This document shows positions 59,360 through 64,000 of a stretch of 64,000 bases of DNA, piece by piece. The stretch spans positions 33,588-97,587 of the forward strand of contig CAKQUG010000005.1 in NCBI GenBank assembly GCA_934277545.1, given 5' to 3'. The stretch comes from an uncultured Alphaproteobacteria bacterium. Lineage in GTDB: Bacteria; Pseudomonadota; Alphaproteobacteria; RF32; CAG-239. Below the pieces are notes generated by a model, which worked only from the letters and a program-made list of their open reading frames with translations, was not told the DNA's origin and made no database searches. Each line of letters begins with the position of its first letter. The stretch's first letter is position 1. Both the position numbers and the translations under genes were made by a program.

Positions 59360-61231
59360 ATGGCTAAAGCAGAAGAAGGCACAAAGATTGATTTTTTGGG
59401 CGGTAATAACGAGTCAAGAATCGGCGGCAACAGTCTGTTAATTGAACACACCGAAGAGGGCGAAGGCGTTAAAAGGGTTATGATTGACCTGGGCGCTTTA
59501 TTTCCACCTGAATGGACCGGATTAGATTCCATTATTCCGGATGTCCGCACGTATTTGGGAAAAGAAAGCGAACCGGCGGAAAAACCTTTGGACGCCATGT
59601 TTATTTCTCACTGCCACGAAGACCATATCGGCGGTTTGGTGCATTTAGCCCGTGCCGGTTATAAATTTCCGGAAATTTACACCAGTTCCTACACCAAAGA
59701 ACTTTTAAAAACAGCTTTCAAAGAAGGGCATGTATCGGTTGAAAATCAGCCGGAAATTAAAACGGTCAGCGAAGGTCAAACTATTGATGTTGCCGACAAT
59801 GTTCATGTCAGCCCGTTTAACGTTTCTCACTCCACCGTCGGCGCCATGGGTTTCCATATTCTGACAACCGTCCGCGGACGCGTCAGCGCCGGAATAATCG
59901 ACCCTGGCGATTATCGCATGGGAGAATCTAAAGTAGGCCCTGGTTTTGAAGAAGATAAATTTAAGGAGTTTTTGAAAGATAAACCGGTTACACATGTTTT
60001 GCTCGATTCCACTTCAAGCGACAGCACCGACGAATATTTAGTAGACTTTGACCACGCAGTTGAAAACACTCTGGAACAAGTAAAAAAACACCCTGAAAAA
60101 CAAGTTATCTCAGCAGTTATTTCTCGCAGTATTCAAAACATGGCAATTGATTTGGAAGCGGCTAAGCAATCTAACCGTAAAGTTTTTATTGACGGATATT
60201 GGGCCAAACTGGCGTTTCTGGCAATGCAACGCAGCGGCATACATGATTATGATGATGTTGTGTATAAAAGCGAAGATTTGAAAAACGCCAACGCTAAGGC
60301 TTATTTGGCTAAATATGACCGCGGCGAACGCTATATTATTCCAAGCGGCGCTTTTGCCGAATCTAAAAAAGGCATGAAATCTGGACTATATAAAATGTCA
60401 GAACAGCAAAAAGTTATGCTGGATAAAAACGGCAAAGTGAAAGGCAACAGCAAAGGCGAAGCCGGACACCCTGACTTTACGGTTGACTCTATGACTTTGA
60501 TTCTTGCCCGTCAGCGCTGTATCGAGTCCATTAACGGTAAACAAGTTCGCGCCATGTATAATCGTTTGGCGGCTCTGGGCGCAACCATAATTGAAAATCG
60601 TTCCGGCAACAACACCGGCAAATTTGAAACTGCTTTAATGCAACGCACCGGACATGCCGTCCGTTCGGAAACCAAGAAATTTATTGAACTGATTGTAAAC
60701 AATCGTAAAAACGGCAGCAAGTTGGTATTTATCCCGATTCACGGCGATGTTCATCAGCTGGCAAACACTGCGAAAGTTGTGAGAGAAGCCGGCGGCGAAC
60801 CTTCTATTTGCCACAACGCCGATGAAATTAAAGTTTGGGCCGGCGGCACGAAAAAACTGGAACAAAAACCGATAGAAGAACAACGCTGGATTGCCGTACA
60901 GGGCGAAACATTAAACGGCTATGCAGGAGGAGCAAGCCAATACACCTATACTTTGGTGGACAAAGATTTCAGCAAAGTTGCAGATTTGCAGGTTGTTCGT
61001 GAAGAGGCGACTCCGGCAGTTGCCAGAGATTACGCTTCAAGAGCATTGGCTCAAGCCCGCGATGATGAAGACAACTACTATGTTCCGTCTCGTAAAGAAA
61101 TTCATGCGCAAAAAGAAAAACTCTCACGCAAGAAAAAGAAAGAACTTGTCCGTAAAGCGGCTAAGGCGGCCGGACTTATTGATGAAAAAGGTCTGCCAAT
61201 CGGTTTGAAAAAAGGCAGTTACGACAGATAG
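59360..61231 (+). CDS. rnj: Ribonuclease J (metallo-beta-lactamase / beta-CASP)
   Basis: 623 aa. The HxHxDH motif is FISHCHEDHIGGL, followed by a beta-CASP region and a C-terminal Lys-rich tail. Confidence 0.85.
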   Translation: MAKAEEGTKIDFLGGNNESRIGGNSLLIEHTEEGEGVKRVMIDLGALFPPEWTGLDSIIPDVRTYLGKESEPAEKPLDAMFISHCHEDHIGGLVHLARAGYKFPEIYTSSYTKELLKTAFKEGHVSVENQPEIKTVSEGQTIDVADNVHVSPFNVSHSTVGAMGFHILTTVRGRVSAGIIDPGDYRMGESKVGPGFEEDKFKEFLKDKPVTHVLLDSTSSDSTDEYLVDFDHAVENTLEQVKKHPEKQVISAVISRSIQNMAIDLEAAKQSNRKVFIDGYWAKLAFLAMQRSGIHDYDDVVYKSEDLKNANAKAYLAKYDRGERYIIPSGAFAESKKGMKSGLYKMSEQQKVMLDKNGKVKGNSKGEAGHPDFTVDSMTLILARQRCIESINGKQVRAMYNRLAALGATIIENRSGNNTGKFETALMQRTGHAVRSETKKFIELIVNNRKNGSKLVFIPIHGDVHQLANTAKVVREAGGEPSICHNADEIKVWAGGTKKLEQKPIEEQRWIAVQGETLNGYAGGASQYTYTLVDKDFSKVADLQVVREEATPAVARDYASRALAQARDDEDNYYVPSRKEIHAQKEKLSRKKKKELVRKAAKAAGLIDEKGLPIGLKKGSYDR

Positions 61232-61248
61232 TTTTTATATGTGATATA

Positions 61249-61290
61249 TTTTACCCCCGAGTCTTGTATGAAACTCGGGGGTAAATTTTA
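61249..61290. terminator. Bidirectional rho-independent terminator between rnj and the convergent small gene
   Basis: A 13-bp stem tttacccccgagt / actcgggggtaaa with T-rich or A-rich flanks on both sides. Confidence 0.8.
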
Positions 61291-61294
61291 GCAT

Positions 61295-61690
61295 TTATTC
61301 GACAATCAGCCAATAAATGAAATACACAAATTGCACGAAAATTGCCGCAAACAAAAAAACAACGGCAAATTTTGCTTCAAACTTTTTAAGTTTGGCATCG
61401 CGTTTTTTTCTCACCTCAACCAAACCGGACAAAGCCACAATAGTTGCAGAGACATTGCAAAACCAAAAAGATGACCACGCTATCATATAGAATTCCGGGT
61501 CGCTAAAAGAAAACAGCTCTACGACAAACATTGTAAGCAACAATAAAACGGTACAAAGCATACAGCCGTAATAAAGTATTTGACAACGTTTGGGCGCTCT
61601 TAATTCCGGCGATTCAGCACATCCGCTGGCAACAATAAGAAAATACACTGATAACAGCGGAACTAAAATAAATAAGTTTTCCATAATCAA
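61295..61690 (-). CDS. Hypothetical small membrane protein (4 transmembrane helices)
   Basis: 131 aa and hydrophobic. No motif recognized. Confidence 0.45.
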   Translation of the reverse strand: MIMENLFILVPLLSVYFLIVASGCAESPELRAPKRCQILYYGCMLCTVLLLLTMFVVELFSFSDPEFYMIAWSSFWFCNVSATIVALSGLVEVRKKRDAKLKKFEAKFAVVFLFAAIFVQFVYFIYWLIVE

Positions 61691-61779
61691 TAATTTTAAG
61701 ACAAAACAAAATAATACATTTAATGTTAAAAATGTAAGACAAAATCAATATTTTGTCAAGCAATATAAAAAGCGAAGTT

Positions 61780-63588
61780 TCAGTTTTGCGCGGCTTTCTG
61801 CAATTTTTTTATAACCTCGGGATTTGTCAGCGGTAAAACCGTATTATGAACAACACCGGTATCTATTTTTTTCTGCACTTTTTCTTTATTCAAAACATTT
61901 TCATCTTCTTTCAAAACAAGAGCATGCTGCCACTGATAAACCGCTTCGTTTTTGCGCCCGACGAACCAATAGGCATCGCCCAAATGGTCGCAAATTACGG
62001 CGTTTTCGGGGTTAATATCCGCTGCCTGTTCCAAAAAATATACGGCTCTGTCATATTGTCCGGTTCTAAAAAACGCCCAGCCCAAACTGTCTATAATATG
62101 CCCTTCGTACGGATAATTGCGGTAAGCCTCCAAAATCATCTGCACCGCATTGTCGATATTTGTGTTATTGTCCAAATATATATACCCTAAATAGTTCATT
62201 ACATTCGGGTTGCGACCGCTCAATTCCGCCGCTTTATTTAAATATTCAATCGCTTTGTCATAGTCATTTTCCTGATAATAAAGAGCACCCAGCGCATAAT
62301 AAATCGACCAGCTGGTTTTATCAGGATTTTGCTGAGCCTCCAAGGCTTGATGATATAATCTCAACGCCTCTTTAGTTTGCTTAAGCTCGCGCTCAATATC
62401 GGCTAAATTACTCAAAAGCATAGCATTATCTGGGTATTCTTTTAACAATTCGCGCAAATATTTTTCGGCGCCTTTATAGTCCTTTTGAGCGTTAAGGTTT
62501 TCAACAACCTTCAGCCGCGCCAAATAATAAGAAGACGCATTTTTGCGGTTAATTTGTCCGTAAATGCGGTTTGCATCGGTATAAAAACCCATATTTTCAT
62601 AGACATTAGCCAAAGCGAATTTTGTAACTTCATAGTCAGGATTCAAATAAACCGAAGCGGCTAAATAAACTTGCGCCAGTTCAGGAAAATTTTCCGTGCG
62701 GTACATGGTTCCCAAATTAAACATTATTTCGGCAAAACCTTTTTGCGGCGTATCGATTATGGCTGGGCATGAAGAATTCGTGTTGTCAATTTTCTGACGC
62801 AGACTTTCCATTAACAAAGCCATGGCGCCGCTTTCTTTATAATGATTAAAAATCTGCTCGGCCACATTCTTTTGATTATGACGAATATAAAAATTAAGCA
62901 TTACATCCAGCAAACGATAGTTAATTTCTTCGGAATGTAATTTCAGAAACTTTCTATAAGTTTCATCTGCTTTTTTATAGTTGCCGGAATAATCATAAAT
63001 CATTCCGGTGTGCATCAAAGTCAAAACCTCAAACCCTTTGACTTTAATTTTATTCAATGAAGCAATCGCCGCCTGTTCCTGATGCTCTCCGGCAAAAGAC
63101 CAAGCGTCAAACAGCGGACGCACAACTTTTTTATAGAAAGGGTCGCGATCAAACTCCGTAATTTCTTTACGCACTTTGGCGTATTTGCCTTCTTTAAAAT
63201 CCTTGGTCGCAACAATAAGAACCGGGAGCAAAGATTTGTTGCCGTTTTCTATATTTTTCTCCGCATAAGCAGCAGCTTCGTCAAAATTTCCCAAATACAG
63301 CATAACACTGGAAATTGCGTTAACGGCATTTTGATTTTGCGGTGATTTTTCCAAAACTATTTTATAATACGCAGCAGCGTTTTCATAATCGCGCCGAATA
63401 AAAGCGACATGCGCAGCCATGGCCGCGCCGTATAAGGAATCGGAACCGGAAAAAGACGTTTTACTTTCATTATCTGTCTTCCGCGATTGTTTCAAAGTTC
63501 CAAAATCAAACACATTTTGCGAACAAGCCAAAACGGCGGCGGACAATAAAATAACAGCGCAAACAGTTTTTTTCATAACATCTCTCAT
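61780..63588 (-). CDS. TPR-repeat lipoprotein
   Basis: About 598 aa. The probable start is MKKTVCAVILLSAAVLAC|SQN (lipobox, 63576). Multiple TPR units run throughout (AAAYYKIVLEKSPQN, ALRLYHQALEAQQN, AIEYLNKAAEL...). Confidence 0.75.
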   Translation of the reverse strand: MRDVMKKTVCAVILLSAAVLACSQNVFDFGTLKQSRKTDNESKTSFSGSDSLYGAAMAAHVAFIRRDYENAAAYYKIVLEKSPQNQNAVNAISSVMLYLGNFDEAAAYAEKNIENGNKSLLPVLIVATKDFKEGKYAKVRKEITEFDRDPFYKKVVRPLFDAWSFAGEHQEQAAIASLNKIKVKGFEVLTLMHTGMIYDYSGNYKKADETYRKFLKLHSEEINYRLLDVMLNFYIRHNQKNVAEQIFNHYKESGAMALLMESLRQKIDNTNSSCPAIIDTPQKGFAEIMFNLGTMYRTENFPELAQVYLAASVYLNPDYEVTKFALANVYENMGFYTDANRIYGQINRKNASSYYLARLKVVENLNAQKDYKGAEKYLRELLKEYPDNAMLLSNLADIERELKQTKEALRLYHQALEAQQNPDKTSWSIYYALGALYYQENDYDKAIEYLNKAAELSGRNPNVMNYLGYIYLDNNTNIDNAVQMILEAYRNYPYEGHIIDSLGWAFFRTGQYDRAVYFLEQAADINPENAVICDHLGDAYWFVGRKNEAVYQWQHALVLKEDENVLNKEKVQKKIDTGVVHNTVLPLTNPEVIKKLQKAAQN

Positions 63589-63713
63589 AACTTTTTACCC
63601 TAATGCACAATCAATCTGTATAATATATAAAATTTATTAGCAATGTGTAAAGAGTCTTTATCATATTGCAAAAAATGTATTTTAGGATATGATTAGCGGT
63701 AACGGATAAAAAA

Positions 63714-64000
63714 ATGGAAGATTTAGAAGAAATATTGCGTTGGTATATGCTGGGCGGAGTTGATGAAATCTGCGCCGCCGAACCGTTTAACGCTTTAACA
63801 AAACCGGCTCCGGCCGTTTCCAAAGCGGAAGCACCGGCGCCAAGCGCATTTGCACAGTCTTCCGCACCGCAGCGCCCGGCCACTACTCTGCTGGCGCAAA
63901 GCAGCAACAGCGCCTGCATAAACGCCCGCGAAACTTGCGCGGCCGCTCAATCTTTGAACGAGCTTAAAAACGCTATGGAAAAATTTGAAGGTTGTTCGCT
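63714..64000 (+). CDS. Family-4 uracil-DNA glycosylase, N-terminal part; the gene runs off the right edge of the window
   Basis: MEDLEEILRWYMLGGVDEICAAEPFNAL... then a low-complexity Ala/Pro/Ser linker, then ...SLNELKNAMEKFEGCS. This resembles the alpha-proteobacterial UDG N-terminus (WY..GVDE ... tLeeLr..f.gC.L). Confidence 0.55.
   Translation, partial: MEDLEEILRWYMLGGVDEICAAEPFNALTKPAPAVSKAEAPAPSAFAQSSAPQRPATTLLAQSSNSACINARETCAAAQSLNELKNAMEKFEGCS

Overview
This 64-kb window is a densely coding chromosomal segment from a Gram-negative bacterium. It is moderately AT-rich (by eye roughly 40% GC) and most likely alphaproteobacterial. The evidence for that placement is RNase J, a family-4 uracil-DNA glycosylase with the alpha-type N-terminus, and the conserved blocks gpmI-envC-ctpA-rppH, ruvA-ruvB-ybgC, pyrH-frr and plsY-dprA-topA. 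The organism cannot be named from the sequence alone.

Housekeeping genes identified: frr (partial), pyrH, plsY, dprA, topA, infA, gpmI, truA, ruvAB, ybgC, trxB, pth, rplY, groES/groEL, alaS, rnj, rsmB and one tRNA-Leu(CAA).

Envelope and accessory genes identified:
- a 1427-aa autotransporter with Pmp-like GGA[IV]/FxxN repeats
- PiT plus a DUF47 partner
- DsbA, a GT2 glycosyltransferase, a porin and an orphan OmpR-type regulator
- a type IV prepilin-like gene with a long leader, and a distant A24 prepilin peptidase
- TetR plus RND efflux, MscK, EptA (MCR-like) and TspO

No rRNA gene, CRISPR array, transposase or IS element was seen.

Observations worth follow-up:
1. A membrane-anchored GH24 (T4-lysozyme-like) protein sits three genes upstream of a secreted protein made of two tandem DUF1311 (LprI lysozyme-inhibitor-like) repeats.
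2. The tRNA-Leu 3' end plus its terminator is directly repeated about 200 bp downstream, which looks like an integration scar.
3. A strongly AT-shifted tandem AAA+ ATPase gene sits between the prepilin peptidase and groES.
4. A GC-shifted 157-aa gene has its own terminator and promoter.
5. An aspartate-semialdehyde dehydrogenase homolog has apparently lost every catalytic residue.
6. A structured 345-bp region upstream of truA carries a near-consensus promoter.

All calls come from reading the translations and DNA by eye; no database search was possible.
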